Of a stretch of 64,000 nt of DNA, positions 9,872 through 21,295 are shown piece after piece (position 1 is the first letter of the stretch; each line of letters starts with the position of its first letter). The notes beneath the pieces are model-generated. The model was not told where the DNA came from, ran no database searches, and worked only from the letters and a program-made list of their open reading frames with translations. Origin of the DNA: a virus. Where the stretch lies: positions 32,001 through 96,000 of IMG/VR virus record IMGVR_UViG_3300025141_000025; one strand, 5' to 3'. A program made the position numbers and the translations under genes.

Positions 9872-12800
9872 CTAAGACACATCAATGTTAACTTCAATAG
9901 GCTCAAGAACGATGTCAGGATTATCCAGCCTGTCTTTTACCTGCCCATCGTAGTAAGGCATTGTAGATGTTGCGTACGTATCCAAATTTTGGCTGTGGGT
10001 TTTTGCCGGATCAGTTGTTTCACCACTTTGACTGTCTTGAGGTACAAATATGATTTCAACAGGATAAGACAGACCTCCTTTACTGTCCAGAGTGACCGGA
10101 TATTTTCTCTGTTCCAGCATGTCTCTAAACTGTCCAAATCGATCCCTTCTCCACCTGCTATCAACTCTTGAACCAAAAATGCCCCCTAAGCCATACTTGT
10201 ATCCTCTCATGATTGGGGTAGAAATAAAAAAGCCGAATGCGGAGACCTTAAGGTCAGGTGTTGGTAAATTATAAGCGCCGTCTCCAAATCCCCACAACCA
10301 CCTGGTGGTATTTTTTCTAGCGCCTGGACTGTCAATGTAATTACCCCTTTCATCACTAGAGACGGTAGCAATTCCGTATGCTGAGCCGGATCCAAAAATA
10401 TATGCCGTATCTAACTGTTTAACTTCTCCGGCACCTTCCAGCTCGTTGTCACCGTCAAAAACTGACAATCGGGTACCTCTAAAACTTTGTGCCAGAAATC
10501 TCTGGTGCTTGATCTCATAGGCGGGGCGCATGTACCACTGCGTGTCGGATCCTGACAGGTCCTGTCCGCCGAGGGCATGAATATAATAGCTTCCCGTTGG
10601 TGCGCCAACTGCTATTGCTGCGTTTGAGAGGGCTGTTCCAAAAAGACCCTTACCCGATGCTTTTATCACCTCCAAGGCATTAGGGGGATAACTGTCATAA
10701 ACAGTTCCAATTGAGTCTGTCAATCTCACAAAACGCTGCAAAGAACCTGTCGTGCCAGCCTGCCCGCGGGCCACAGACGCAACGACCCCCCTAACATTAT
10801 CAACTGCCGGATTACCGTATGAACCATCGGCACCGGTAGCGAACATGGTGCCGGTAATGATGAGATCCACGTAAGAACCTGTTAGCGCCTGCTCGGGTTC
10901 CACATCCCACTGGTCATAGACAGGATTGTCGTAGTGCAGATCTTCGTGAATCGCGTCGGATGTGAGTGGTTGGTTACTTTTCTGTTCTACAGGTAAATTA
11001 TCCTGCAGCAAGGACCCAAAAAGTGTTAATGTGCCACCACCGGGCTCTAAATTATTCACGTATTCTTTGGCTATGTTTACTTCGGAGGGGGCGTTGGCGG
11101 AAGCTGGATCACCGACGGCACCCTGGTGGGAGTGCATTAAAACTAGTTTATCGCCAGGTAAAAGCACGAAAGGGCTCTCTCGGGACTCATGAAGATATGC
11201 ATCAAAAGGAATATATCCGCCTGCGGCCAGGGCCATGAATGAAACAGAGGAAGAAACTACCTGTGAGCCTATCACTGATCTTATGAAAGACCTGCCGTCC
11301 GCGCGATCTCGAAGATCTCGACCTCCTTTTTGTCGGCCGAAGAGCGTTCCCGGTGTGCCGGCGCCGTAGCCTCGTCCAAAAAATGCTGCTCCTACCCTGG
11401 GTTGTTTACACGGAATGTTTGGTGTACCGCGAAGAACAAACGAACCGGTGGGGTAGGCGCCGCCTTGAGGGAGCCATAAATCGGCCGCGGACCACGTTCC
11501 GGGAAAAGAAGAACTTAGAGCTGCTTCGGTTGCAAAACTATGTGTAAAGTATGTTCCAATTCGACCGTACCAGATAATACTCTTGTCGGTGTTTGAATCA
11601 AAAGTGGTTCCTGTCACCTCGAGTTTATCAACGTTATACCGATAAGTCTCAAAAAAAGTTTCTACTGATGCCGTGACTGGTTGTTCCCGTTGCAATACCA
11701 ACATAAATGTTGTAATCTGCATCTGCTCAGAGGCTGCGAGGACTGGGTACGTGCCGATAACACCCGAAAACCTCATTTCCACCTTTTCTAACAAAAATGG
11801 TGCCGTTATGGATGCTGTTGTATTATAAAGTTGCGAACTTGTGGCATTAAACTTTGTAGCATAGGGAAAACCTGCAACGTCAGTCGGGCCGCCTAGGCCA
11901 CCATTGAACGGTTGCATGTCCCAGGTCGCCAGATTCGTGCCGATATATTCAGCTGGAATTATGGAAAGCATGCTACCTGTGACAACCGCTTGGTCTTTGT
12001 TCAGGTAATCTACATTGCTTCCAGTCGTTAGATCTCCTACAATTTCCCACTTTTTTTGTTGAAAATTAAAATAAGCAAGACCCGAGTTGACACCTTCTGC
12101 AAGACCCTCAGCATTTGGCAAAGTCCCTGTGGATAAGGCCACACGAGTGGTTTCTGTTGGATTAATGTCGATTGTTAAGATGGTCTTCGATGACAACCGC
12201 TGGGCAAAACCCGGCAACGTGCCTGATGCCGTTCCTGTCGTATAAAATGCCGTCTCATTATCGAGGGTCACACGGCTTTCATTAAACGGCGTGATACTTT
12301 CACCGGGTGTGAAAGATATATGCGTGTCTGCAATACCCGCTGAGCACGAGCCAACTGTTTTCAAGCCTTGCAGGGCATTAGGTGTGGCGACGCCACCGGA
12401 AATAAATTTACTTCCTGGACCAGATTCTGGCAAACCTGTCGGGTAAATAATATTGCTGTCTGTCGAGAATACTATTGTGTTTGTGTCATCAAAACGCGAT
12501 GGATATGTTCCTAAAAAGTCAGGATCACCTGTTCTTGCCAGTGTCGGATAAGAACCGGTGTGATTGTCCTGGTCTTGTAACATTATCCTGGTAGGGTTGG
12601 AGATAATGCCCGAAACTGTTCCATTATCAAGTTTGGTAATATTATAAATTGCCTTGACATCTGCGGCACTCAGGGCATATCCCGACCACATCGCAAATTC
12701 TGAAATTTGTGCATCAGGTTCAGTGTCAGACTGATATGAAGCACCCACTTTCAGTGTATCATCATCATCTCTTTTCATCGACAGGTAACCCGAATCGCTA

Positions 12801-13465
12801 CTGTAATTCGAAGTTGTGTGTATTTCACCATTCAGGTATATTTTCATTCCTGCATATGCAGTATTCCCGCCGCTGCCGTCATATGTGAAAACAAGATGAT
12901 TCCACACTCCATTTAAATCACTTGTAGGGATATCTGAGGTTGATCGTATGCTTTGTGTTTTTGAGTTATCCTGATCATTTATGGCGAAGACTAATTGGTC
13001 GTAGTCAGCGTCCAGGTAAGCGTAGTACTCCGTAACGGAGGAAGTCCCCTTGCCAAAAAGATATGAAAGACCAGATGATGCGACGTTAGTAAAGTTTATC
13101 CACAAGCTTATCGAGAAAGCAGTATCGGAACCTGCTGCGGTCGTAGCTTCATCAGCTAAGCTAACATGTGATAGTATACCTGAACTTGGAGGTGTGACTG
13201 ACACATGCTGATTGGATGAATCGTTCGATGTGAATGTAAATCTAAGTGCGCCGCCCGGTGGATCCAGAGACTGGAGTTGACCGGCGGTTGGGCTATTTAG
13301 ATATATAGAAGTTAAATTATACGAAGCGTTGTCAGTCGGCGTTCCCGTTGTCATTTGTAACCACAAGACGAGACGCTCGGCAGCTGAGGCAGAGTAGCGA
13401 TTGCCTAAATTATCTTTAAACGGGCAATTAAGATCGTAATATTTTCCTTTTAGTTTTCTAGGCAT
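9872..13465 (-). CDS. Virion protein with concanavalin A/LamG lectin-like domain
   Basis: FSISLWIN..GVWNHLVFTYDGS..MKIYLNG..ISEFAMWS..ALSAADVKAIYN is a classic LamG_3 signature. Confidence 0.75.
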   Translation of the reverse strand: MPRKLKGKYYDLNCPFKDNLGNRYSASAAERLVLWLQMTTGTPTDNASYNLTSIYLNSPTAGQLQSLDPPGGALRFTFTSNDSSNQHVSVTPPSSGILSHVSLADEATTAAGSDTAFSISLWINFTNVASSGLSYLFGKGTSSVTEYYAYLDADYDQLVFAINDQDNSKTQSIRSTSDIPTSDLNGVWNHLVFTYDGSGGNTAYAGMKIYLNGEIHTTSNYSSDSGYLSMKRDDDDTLKVGASYQSDTEPDAQISEFAMWSGYALSAADVKAIYNITKLDNGTVSGIISNPTRIMLQDQDNHTGSYPTLARTGDPDFLGTYPSRFDDTNTIVFSTDSNIIYPTGLPESGPGSKFISGGVATPNALQGLKTVGSCSAGIADTHISFTPGESITPFNESRVTLDNETAFYTTGTASGTLPGFAQRLSSKTILTIDINPTETTRVALSTGTLPNAEGLAEGVNSGLAYFNFQQKKWEIVGDLTTGSNVDYLNKDQAVVTGSMLSIIPAEYIGTNLATWDMQPFNGGLGGPTDVAGFPYATKFNATSSQLYNTTASITAPFLLEKVEMRFSGVIGTYPVLAASEQMQITTFMLVLQREQPVTASVETFFETYRYNVDKLEVTGTTFDSNTDKSIIWYGRIGTYFTHSFATEAALSSSFPGTWSAADLWLPQGGAYPTGSFVLRGTPNIPCKQPRVGAAFFGRGYGAGTPGTLFGRQKGGRDLRDRADGRSFIRSVIGSQVVSSSVSFMALAAGGYIPFDAYLHESRESPFVLLPGDKLVLMHSHQGAVGDPASANAPSEVNIAKEYVNNLEPGGGTLTLFGSLLQDNLPVEQKSNQPLTSDAIHEDLHYDNPVYDQWDVEPEQALTGSYVDLIITGTMFATGADGSYGNPAVDNVRGVVASVARGQAGTTGSLQRFVRLTDSIGTVYDSYPPNALEVIKASGKGLFGTALSNAAIAVGAPTGSYYIHALGGQDLSGSDTQWYMRPAYEIKHQRFLAQSFRGTRLSVFDGDNELEGAGEVKQLDTAYIFGSGSAYGIATVSSDERGNYIDSPGARKNTTRWLWGFGDGAYNLPTPDLKVSAFGFFISTPIMRGYKYGLGGIFGSRVDSRWRRDRFGQFRDMLEQRKYPVTLDSKGGLSYPVEIIFVPQDSQSGETTDPAKTHSQNLDTYATSTMPYYDGQVKDRLDNPDIVLEPIEVNIDVS

Positions 13466-13466
13466 T

Positions 13467-14408
13467 TTATTTCTTTAACCCTCCATACACAATGGAATCA
13501 TACGTATAATTGTCATTTTGTGAAAAGACAAAACCGTGCCTGGCAATGATCTCATCTTCTCTTGTATTTTCAGTTCGAAACGCCTTGTAGGATGTGGAAG
13601 CACTTACGAAGCCGTCCACCAAGACGTGCCTAATTTCTGTGTCAAGTGTTCCCGAGGCATAAAAAAGCTCTCGCTGAGTTGTGTCAGTAAACGGCAACAT
13701 GTTGGAATCTGCATCAGAAAAAGCGCCTGGTAAATCAACACCACCGAATGCCTCTTGGCTGTCTAAAAATGGCCTAGTGGAGCTATTTTTTAGATTTTTT
13801 TTGTCGTCAAATACTAAGCTTTCTCTTTTTGCATTTGTAGCGCACATGTCGCCTTTTATTGAATGTGAAACATACGGAAGCTCTATTGATGACCTATCAA
13901 CAACTTTTCTAATATCCAGAGGTTCAATCACACCGTCCATCGTAAGCGGAGAAGCAGTAACCTGGACTAGGCTTATCGGTAGTGAAACCGCAAGCGGGTT
14001 TGTCATCATAAACTCTACAGGGCTAGATTCCAAGGAGGTGGCCTCGACAAACGGCGAGCTATCGTTGTATGATAAGGACTGCCCCAGGTCTCGCCTGTCA
14101 ACAGTGTGGTAAACAACCTGGCCCAGTTTACCTGTCGTGTCAATGTTTGCTAATGATCCGGTGCCACTCGTTCCTAGATTTTCAGATATTACTGATTCGT
14201 TAAAAAAATCCTGTGTTTGTGGAACCTCATTAAGTGTTGTAACAAGCCCGGTATTCGAACGAATTTTTACTATTGTGTAATTTGTTAATTGGTGTGGCTG
14301 GCGTAGATTTGTTCCCTGCAAAAAAGGAGAGTGCGAAGATGAATAGTGTAGGACACTGGTTTCGTCAGTTCCGTTTTGCCAAATTGATCCTGTTGTCGCG
14401 CTTGCCAT
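13467..14408 (-). CDS. Hypothetical virion structural protein
   Basis: Translationally coupled within the baseplate operon; S/T-G-S/T rich. Confidence 0.6.
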   Translation of the reverse strand: MASATTGSIWQNGTDETSVLHYSSSHSPFLQGTNLRQPHQLTNYTIVKIRSNTGLVTTLNEVPQTQDFFNESVISENLGTSGTGSLANIDTTGKLGQVVYHTVDRRDLGQSLSYNDSSPFVEATSLESSPVEFMMTNPLAVSLPISLVQVTASPLTMDGVIEPLDIRKVVDRSSIELPYVSHSIKGDMCATNAKRESLVFDDKKNLKNSSTRPFLDSQEAFGGVDLPGAFSDADSNMLPFTDTTQRELFYASGTLDTEIRHVLVDGFVSASTSYKAFRTENTREDEIIARHGFVFSQNDNYTYDSIVYGGLKK

Positions 14409-17400
14409 TAAAATTTCCTCACTGTGCCAACCAGTTGCTGCAGCAATATCACTTCCTTACCACCCCTGTCTTCTTCACCCAAGTACAGGTCATAATATTT
14501 ATATGAAAATTTTGCGCGCTCTAAGGCATGTGATTCAATCACATAAGATGTACCAGAAAATTTTGCATCGTGAGGAAGCATTTGTTCTAAAATATCCCCA
14601 ATGGTGTCATCAAAAAACTTAAAGAATTCAAAAAATGACTGTAAATTAACCTTGTCAGTTAGCCTGTTAAAGTAAATTCTGCGTAAATTTCTCATGTGTG
14701 GATAATTTTGTGAAAAAACCAACTCTGGACTTCCAATAACGTTGTCTAACTTATCTAGGGTCGCAAAAATATTCATTATATCTTCGTTCAATCCCTGTGT
14801 TGTTGAAATTTCTATCGCCACCCTTTTATCATCATTTGGTTGATCATTTTGTGGTATTTCGTACAGGGGTGCAGTCGCGGCGTCATGTGTGTCAATGTTA
14901 TTTTGCTGTTTATAACTACGAATCCTTATTTTATTTGGATTTTCACCTGATTGGAAATTTGAACTGAGAACTTCAAAATCGTATCTTTCAGGTTTTATGA
15001 TTCTTTTTGATACTTCAAATCCTGTTCCAGCAAAAGTTAAATAATTTTGACTAAAATCAAATGCAGTCAGACGCCCAGACACATTTGATTCTGTTGTTGG
15101 CTGATCCAATGATATATCCTGTCGCAGACACTGAAATGAGCCACTCATGTTCGTTACAAAATTAAAATTAACCTCGGGATCAGTGACACCTAAAGACTTG
15201 TAGTTTCTAACATGCGTCTTTGTCTCCTGTTCTGAAAGGCTTTTACTCCAAAATCTTAAATTTGCAACTTTACCCGTGAATGTTGTTGTACGACTGTTAC
15301 TTTCAATAGATGTGTTGTTTAGAAATTTTCCGCCAGAAGTATCCAAGCTTTGACTGCCGATTACCATGAATGACCCGCTAGCATTATAAGCCACTGATCG
15401 TCTTTGTAGCGAGTTTGGTGTTATGGAGTCGTCATATAAACTTGAAGTTGTATAATATTGCTCCATTCCCGCAGGGCTAAATTTGGCTGCCCTCAAAAAA
15501 TATGAAGACGAAACGTAAGATTCAAATAAATCATTTCTTTCGCGACCGAAAGAAACATACCACTTTCCACCGTCGAATATGTCCACACCTGTTAATATTA
15601 GTTGTAATGTAGGTGCTGCTGTGCTTGTTGTGGGATGTCCGTATAATGTTATTGAACCCGTTACACTAGAGGCAGGTTCTGGTTTTTTTGCCACACAATT
15701 AAATAATGTGCCATGCTTATTTGAAGGCGCTGTAGTGCCTGTGACATGCATTCTGGCCAAACTTTGATATTGTGGATGAATAAATTTAGCGTCAAATTTG
15801 TACCTACCTTCCCATGTCCAGGATCCTGATGTGAACAAGCCATCACTTGACTTGTCTGTACCTGTCACAGGATGAACTAACCCTGTTCCTCCATTTCCCC
15901 ACACCCTAGGTAAACCTGGCTCTGTCCTAGAACCTGACAAAAAGCTACCCTGTAAAAATGGCCGGCTACCATCTATTCCATGAAAATTTAATGTTCCCTG
16001 TGAACCAAATGTACCGCTCATGTCTAGCATAGCAGCTATTTCATTTCTTCTGATGTAAGAGTCACCGAGTGTTCTTAGTTTTGATCCGCCAAACTCTCTA
16101 ATTCTAATTGGTCCATTTGAAGAAATTCCCATACTGGCAAGTGTTGCCCTAATTGATTGATGGGTTCCACGTGTAGAAAATAAAAACGGCAATTCAGAAA
16201 AAATTCTTCTCCAAATTGTATTTTGAATTGTTTGTAATGATGTGGTTTGTGCCCTGTCCAGTCTCACGTCCTGACCCTCGAAAAATTGAACAATGTTGGC
16301 CGAGTCAAATAGGGACGGTAATTTTATACCATAATAGCGTGACAGCCATGGCAACATTTGATTGCTAACAGTTTCATTTGATAAATGATCTACCTTTAGC
16401 AATCTTTTAAATTCATCAACAAACATTTTTAGTTCATCAAATGTTTTAGCAAAAGTAAAGAGCATACCTGCAATAATCTGAGGTTGTCCAATTACAGCGC
16501 CCCCAGGTTGATCAATATTTGTTGCGACAGTATCTGATAAGTTTCCATTTTCTTGAGAAAAGCCTTCCGCGGCAGAGGCGTCAGTTAGGTAGTGAGGCGG
16601 AATTAATTTTGTCACCAAGTTTGGATTATTGGAATCATAAAGAGATGCAGACAATAAAAGCCTGGAACTAAGGTTTGTAATATCGCCAAAAGACGGAAAA
16701 AGGCATATTGTAGACATTCTCGACTCACCCAAAACAGGTGATGTCCCGAAAGAAGATGTGTTCCTCAATGACATAGAAAAATTAGAAATTGTTGAATGTA
16801 GCGCATTTCCACTTGAATCTAAAACTAAACTTTCACCAGAACCATCATAGCTTCCTGACGGTTCATTAAATCTAAAAAATAGTTTTAGTTTTGGATCGGC
16901 AAATATTTCATTGAATCTTTGCGTTTTAATTTCTGTTTGTGTCTTTGCCTTATGCCAAAATCTAAAATCATCAATGGCACCTGACAGTGTTTCTACAGGG
17001 GTAAAAATATATGAATTTTGTGAATGAACTGATCCGCTTCCTATGTAAGCGGGCGAAGTTTTGAAATCTATTTTACCTAAGTGACCAAACGATGATGATG
17101 CCTTTTGCACAGCATTATTATACATTTTAATTTGGCCGGGTCCTGCAGATCTATCGAATACAGCAGCAATATGTTGAAATTCGCCTTTTGTAACTTCTAA
17201 AGAAGCCGATAAATTTAATGATGATGAACTTATTAGACAAAAAAGATCCGCTGTTGCAGTTGATGTAGATTGCGATAAAAATAAAGTGACCCCGTTACTA
17301 CCACTTAATTTTTGTAATATTACCTGATTATCGTTAGCAGTTGTTGGCACAGAAAAATGAAATTCAACTGTAAACGGTTTTGTATCGGGATCTAGGACAC

Positions 17401-17890
17401 TTTCGCCTGTTGGACTTTTTGTCAGTGTCGGCTGTGTTGAACCTTTAAAATCATTTACCGTTATATAACTTCCGGGTTCTGTTGCTGAATTTGAACCGCT
17501 AAAAGACAAATATCCTACGTGCACAGGAAAATTATCATAAACATGCTTTTCAAAACCTGACAATTTGTCAACAAATGTTATTATTTCGCTTTTACTGTCA
17601 TCAAACGGCATTTGATTTATTATCTTGGAAAATGCCAGCTGTGTTTTCGCTTCTGCACTATTAAAGAATGTGTGGTTATGAAATTTTGAAAAATCTACAT
17701 TTAGTTGCTGAGTACTTTTTAGAGGCGAACCTGGAGCATCAAACCTAAAAGTTCCAGTCAACACCAACGCACTATTGTCAAGATCACTAAGGGAAACGTC
17801 TTTAATTGGTGACCCATTTTTCGAAGATCTTGTAATTCCTGCTTTAAACAACAGGGAATCATCGGCTAATGTATTTTTTTCTTTTGCCAT
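14408..17890 (-). CDS. Baseplate wedge-like protein (P2 gpI / T4 gp7-like segment) fused to LamG domains
   Basis: LPWLSRYYGIKLP..RGTHQSIRATLASMG is tail-protein-I-like; FQHIAAVFDR..GAIDDFRFW and WYVSFGR..GKVANLRFW are LamG-like. Confidence 0.7.
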   Translation of the reverse strand: MAKEKNTLADDSLLFKAGITRSSKNGSPIKDVSLSDLDNSALVLTGTFRFDAPGSPLKSTQQLNVDFSKFHNHTFFNSAEAKTQLAFSKIINQMPFDDSKSEIITFVDKLSGFEKHVYDNFPVHVGYLSFSGSNSATEPGSYITVNDFKGSTQPTLTKSPTGESVLDPDTKPFTVEFHFSVPTTANDNQVILQKLSGSNGVTLFLSQSTSTATADLFCLISSSSLNLSASLEVTKGEFQHIAAVFDRSAGPGQIKMYNNAVQKASSSFGHLGKIDFKTSPAYIGSGSVHSQNSYIFTPVETLSGAIDDFRFWHKAKTQTEIKTQRFNEIFADPKLKLFFRFNEPSGSYDGSGESLVLDSSGNALHSTISNFSMSLRNTSSFGTSPVLGESRMSTICLFPSFGDITNLSSRLLLSASLYDSNNPNLVTKLIPPHYLTDASAAEGFSQENGNLSDTVATNIDQPGGAVIGQPQIIAGMLFTFAKTFDELKMFVDEFKRLLKVDHLSNETVSNQMLPWLSRYYGIKLPSLFDSANIVQFFEGQDVRLDRAQTTSLQTIQNTIWRRIFSELPFLFSTRGTHQSIRATLASMGISSNGPIRIREFGGSKLRTLGDSYIRRNEIAAMLDMSGTFGSQGTLNFHGIDGSRPFLQGSFLSGSRTEPGLPRVWGNGGTGLVHPVTGTDKSSDGLFTSGSWTWEGRYKFDAKFIHPQYQSLARMHVTGTTAPSNKHGTLFNCVAKKPEPASSVTGSITLYGHPTTSTAAPTLQLILTGVDIFDGGKWYVSFGRERNDLFESYVSSSYFLRAAKFSPAGMEQYYTTSSLYDDSITPNSLQRRSVAYNASGSFMVIGSQSLDTSGGKFLNNTSIESNSRTTTFTGKVANLRFWSKSLSEQETKTHVRNYKSLGVTDPEVNFNFVTNMSGSFQCLRQDISLDQPTTESNVSGRLTAFDFSQNYLTFAGTGFEVSKRIIKPERYDFEVLSSNFQSGENPNKIRIRSYKQQNNIDTHDAATAPLYEIPQNDQPNDDKRVAIEISTTQGLNEDIMNIFATLDKLDNVIGSPELVFSQNYPHMRNLRRIYFNRLTDKVNLQSFFEFFKFFDDTIGDILEQMLPHDAKFSGTSYVIESHALERAKFSYKYYDLYLGEEDRGGKEVILLQQLVGTVRKF

Positions 17891-17896
17891 TTTATA

Positions 17897-19441
17897 TTAT
17901 CCATTAACCTTAAAGATAGTATCCCTATTTTGAACAAGGTAACTAACGCCCCTCTCTACTATATAGAAATCAAAGGCATATGACCTACCGACCACCAGAG
18001 CCTGCATTTTAAAATCAAAAAACATACCATCTGTGTCTGTTGAAACCTTGGTTGAATTAGTGGTATTGTCATATGGTATGATAATTTTGCCGGTAACACG
18101 ATCAACAACCTGATAATATAAATCGTCAAAAATTACCGATGGTCTGTTTATCGGGATTTTTACAGGGGCATTTTCCTCATTAATGAGATCACGACCATAC
18201 AATCTAAATTTAACAGTATCGTTCTTGTGATAACCTGTGTCAGCATTGGTCACAATAATCTGTGGTTCTCTAGATATAAATTCCCCACCCCTACGATCAG
18301 GTTTTTTCAATGTCACTGTCCCTGTGTGATATGTCACAGTTCCGTCAATAGAGTTCCAATAAGTGGTAAAATCAACCTCACCAGTATTGGTAAGTAATTT
18401 TGCAATAGATTCTGTTTTTGTATGTTTACCCGTTTCTACAGATGCCATGGCAAATGATGCCGAATAAAGACCTGTAACACCGGATCCATCAGTTCCTGCC
18501 GTATGCTGACTGCCTGTTACATAAAAATTGAACAATCCTTTATTTAGCTGCAAAATAAAACAGTTCTGTCCCGTGATTGCAGATAAACTTGATCCACTAA
18601 CTAGATTGGCGCGGGCTGACCTATCATACGAGTTCAAAAATAATGTTCCACTCGAGTCAAAATTAAAATTCTTATGACTATCAACAATGGAATCATCAAA
18701 CTTAACTACTAACCTAGGTCTCAGTAACGGATTTGCAACATGCCTAGACGCGAACCTTTTTACAAATCTAGATTTCTTATCATTTTCTTGTGATCCGCTA
18801 AAAGACAATCTAAAACCAACATCAGGAATTTGTGATGCGACTGTTGCAGATACGATATTTGTAACATCAATTGATAAATCCTCCGTACCAAGGGTAAATG
18901 CCTGTTTTTTCTCAAACGATGCAACACCATTTCCGTCGCTAAGGTTTCCTGAACTTATGTAATCAATATCAGCTGAACCTAATAGGCCACCCGCATTTGC
19001 ACCTGATGCAAACCAGACGTTGTTGTCGGTTGTATAAGATGCTGTGAGAAAATTGGCCACGTGAACATCATCGAATTTACCCGTATCGAAACCTTCACCT
19101 TCATCAAATGTCTGTGATAGTGGATAAACTGATAGTGTGAAATTCCTAGGAACTGCGTGCCCAGTCATAATATCCTTCATTTCTAACACAGCCCTAAAAT
19201 TACTTGAATTTAAATTTAATATCGTTCCTGTTAGCTGTGTAATGGGTTGAAGGTCAAACCTTACCATGGCTCTTGATAATTCCAACTGTGATGATGTTCC
19301 ATTTAGTGTTGTTTCATTATAAAGCTTAAAAAGATCCAATGTGGATGCCTGTCCTACATTGGCATCTGTAACCCTCAGGTTTCCGTCTATAATTTTATCT
19401 GTGATATAAGTGTCAGAACTAGCTGTGCATACAATAATCAT
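17897..19441 (-). CDS. Virion structural protein with DNRLRE-like N-terminal beta-sandwich
   Basis: ASSDTYI..ANVGQASTLDL..SRAMVRFDL..RFASR..RPRLVVKFDD pattern. Confidence 0.6.
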   Translation of the reverse strand: MIIVCTASSDTYITDKIIDGNLRVTDANVGQASTLDLFKLYNETTLNGTSSQLELSRAMVRFDLQPITQLTGTILNLNSSNFRAVLEMKDIMTGHAVPRNFTLSVYPLSQTFDEGEGFDTGKFDDVHVANFLTASYTTDNNVWFASGANAGGLLGSADIDYISSGNLSDGNGVASFEKKQAFTLGTEDLSIDVTNIVSATVASQIPDVGFRLSFSGSQENDKKSRFVKRFASRHVANPLLRPRLVVKFDDSIVDSHKNFNFDSSGTLFLNSYDRSARANLVSGSSLSAITGQNCFILQLNKGLFNFYVTGSQHTAGTDGSGVTGLYSASFAMASVETGKHTKTESIAKLLTNTGEVDFTTYWNSIDGTVTYHTGTVTLKKPDRRGGEFISREPQIIVTNADTGYHKNDTVKFRLYGRDLINEENAPVKIPINRPSVIFDDLYYQVVDRVTGKIIIPYDNTTNSTKVSTDTDGMFFDFKMQALVVGRSYAFDFYIVERGVSYLVQNRDTIFKVNG

Positions 19442-19450
19442 TATTTTCTC

Positions 19451-21295
19451 CTAAATTGCTGTGCCAATTACATCAAATGTAGGATATTTCAATTCAAAAA
19501 TTGCGCCTCTTTCAGGAACAATCAATCCCTTGGTTTGACTTTGTTTAAAATCAAAAACAGTAGTGTTGTAATTTCTATCTTCTATTACGCCTAACCTCGG
19601 AAAAATTTGCAAATCTATTAGAGAAATTACAAAATTTGTATTAATGATAATGTTGGTAATATCATCAATGACAATAGGTTGTCCAATATTGAAGAATTTT
19701 CTATCAAGGGCCGCAGCGATGGTGCTGTTAACAGTCGCAACAACCTGTGACTTGTTAGCGTTATCGGCAACATAAACGCTGTATTTTACAGCAAAATTTA
19801 TAACCCTTGTATCCAAAACGTCCACGGCGTCTCCAACTAGACGTAACTCATTGAGATAAACTTGTAAATTTTTCTTTAATGAATCGGGCGATGGGCCTAA
19901 GCTGCCATCTGCATTTTTTGATATTAGATAAAGAAGGGCAGAGTTGGGATTTACAGGATTATCCAAAATAGATGCCCTATAAACTCTTCCAAATTCACTA
20001 GGCAGGGAGTATATCCTAGCTAACAAGTCCTCCCTAGAAACAACTCTTCGTTGTGATTTTCTGGCTGACGTTATTCGTGTCTTTAGATCATCTAGGGTCG
20101 GAGCAACATCACCACCTGAGGAAGATAGGGGGTTTGTTACAAGAAGAGACTGCCTTACAGTTAGCGCATCCGTGGCCTCGGGGTTTCTTCTAAATGCGAT
20201 TGATAAAAAATCAACTGCCTCGATGGTATTTGATGCAACGTTATGTTCCAGTCCCCCGCCATGGCGATACCTGATTGAGAGGGTTACACCGCGTGGCGAA
20301 ATACCAAGTGTTTGTGTCTCCAATAAAGACTGTGGATCAATATTGAATCTAGGCATTACAGTTTTTCCAAATAGTTTTAATGACAAACTACTAGGGTCAG
20401 GAACAATATCGTTGTCAAGGGTCTCAGCATTACCTCCACCAAATCTAACAGTCGTTAGCTGCGTCATTGGATCATACCTTCTAAGGAACCTATAAGGTGC
20501 CGCGATCACACGTATAAAACTGGGAACCTGATTTGCGTCCTGGGTTATGTTTTTTGTCTTTAAGAAAATAGTGTCTTCAGCCAAGGATGACACCTCATAA
20601 TATGTGTTTGCCTCAGAATCAGTTATCGAAAGAACAGCAGTAATATTTTTTTCACTAAGCACTATTTCACGAAATGAAACAAACGTATCAGGAACTACAA
20701 CTGTCTCTGTCTTATCTTTTCCCGACACGGCGAAAACCTCAGCTGTCATTGTAAAAGTTTTTGGACTACCGTCTTCATTCGTAGACGCTATAATAAAATT
20801 AGCTTCAAAATTACCGTCTTCATCTTGCTCGGCAAAATCTAAGTCGTCTATGGTAGTAAATTCAACGCCTGAAATTGCTGACACTTGTGTGCCGGCCAAG
20901 ATAACAGGTAAGCAGTTTCTTTTTGGCAGATAGTTGCCGCTGATAAGTTCTGCGGGGGCTGTTATAGAAAACTTTAGAGAAACAACGGCAGGAGACGCGC
21001 CTACAATTTCAACACCTGAATTTCTCAAATGTGTTATGATGTTATCAGGCTCAACTGCCCTAACAGGGTCAAGTTCTCTAAATGCATGATCTAGGTAAAA
21101 GTTCAATGAGTCACCAACCGTGGCGACAAAATCTAAAAACATTCCTCCAACTGATGCTTCTGAAAAATCCTGTATCTTATCAGGAAAATAAACTCTTGCT
21201 GTATCCAAAAGTTGTGCACGGAGGGTTTCAAAATCGCGTGCCGTGAATGTTTTATTTTGCTCTTTTTTTATTTTCTTTTGTACTTGAAATGCCAT
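19451..21295 (-). CDS. Baseplate wedge subunit (T4 gp6 / baseplate J-like)
   Basis: RDFETLRAQL..DFSEASVGGMFLDFVATVGDSLNFYLD..VRFGGG..IRYRHGGG..SSGGD..QRRVVSREDL. Confidence 0.85.
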   Translation of the reverse strand: MAFQVQKKIKKEQNKTFTARDFETLRAQLLDTARVYFPDKIQDFSEASVGGMFLDFVATVGDSLNFYLDHAFRELDPVRAVEPDNIITHLRNSGVEIVGASPAVVSLKFSITAPAELISGNYLPKRNCLPVILAGTQVSAISGVEFTTIDDLDFAEQDEDGNFEANFIIASTNEDGSPKTFTMTAEVFAVSGKDKTETVVVPDTFVSFREIVLSEKNITAVLSITDSEANTYYEVSSLAEDTIFLKTKNITQDANQVPSFIRVIAAPYRFLRRYDPMTQLTTVRFGGGNAETLDNDIVPDPSSLSLKLFGKTVMPRFNIDPQSLLETQTLGISPRGVTLSIRYRHGGGLEHNVASNTIEAVDFLSIAFRRNPEATDALTVRQSLLVTNPLSSSGGDVAPTLDDLKTRITSARKSQRRVVSREDLLARIYSLPSEFGRVYRASILDNPVNPNSALLYLISKNADGSLGPSPDSLKKNLQVYLNELRLVGDAVDVLDTRVINFAVKYSVYVADNANKSQVVATVNSTIAAALDRKFFNIGQPIVIDDITNIIINTNFVISLIDLQIFPRLGVIEDRNYNTTVFDFKQSQTKGLIVPERGAIFELKYPTFDVIGTAI

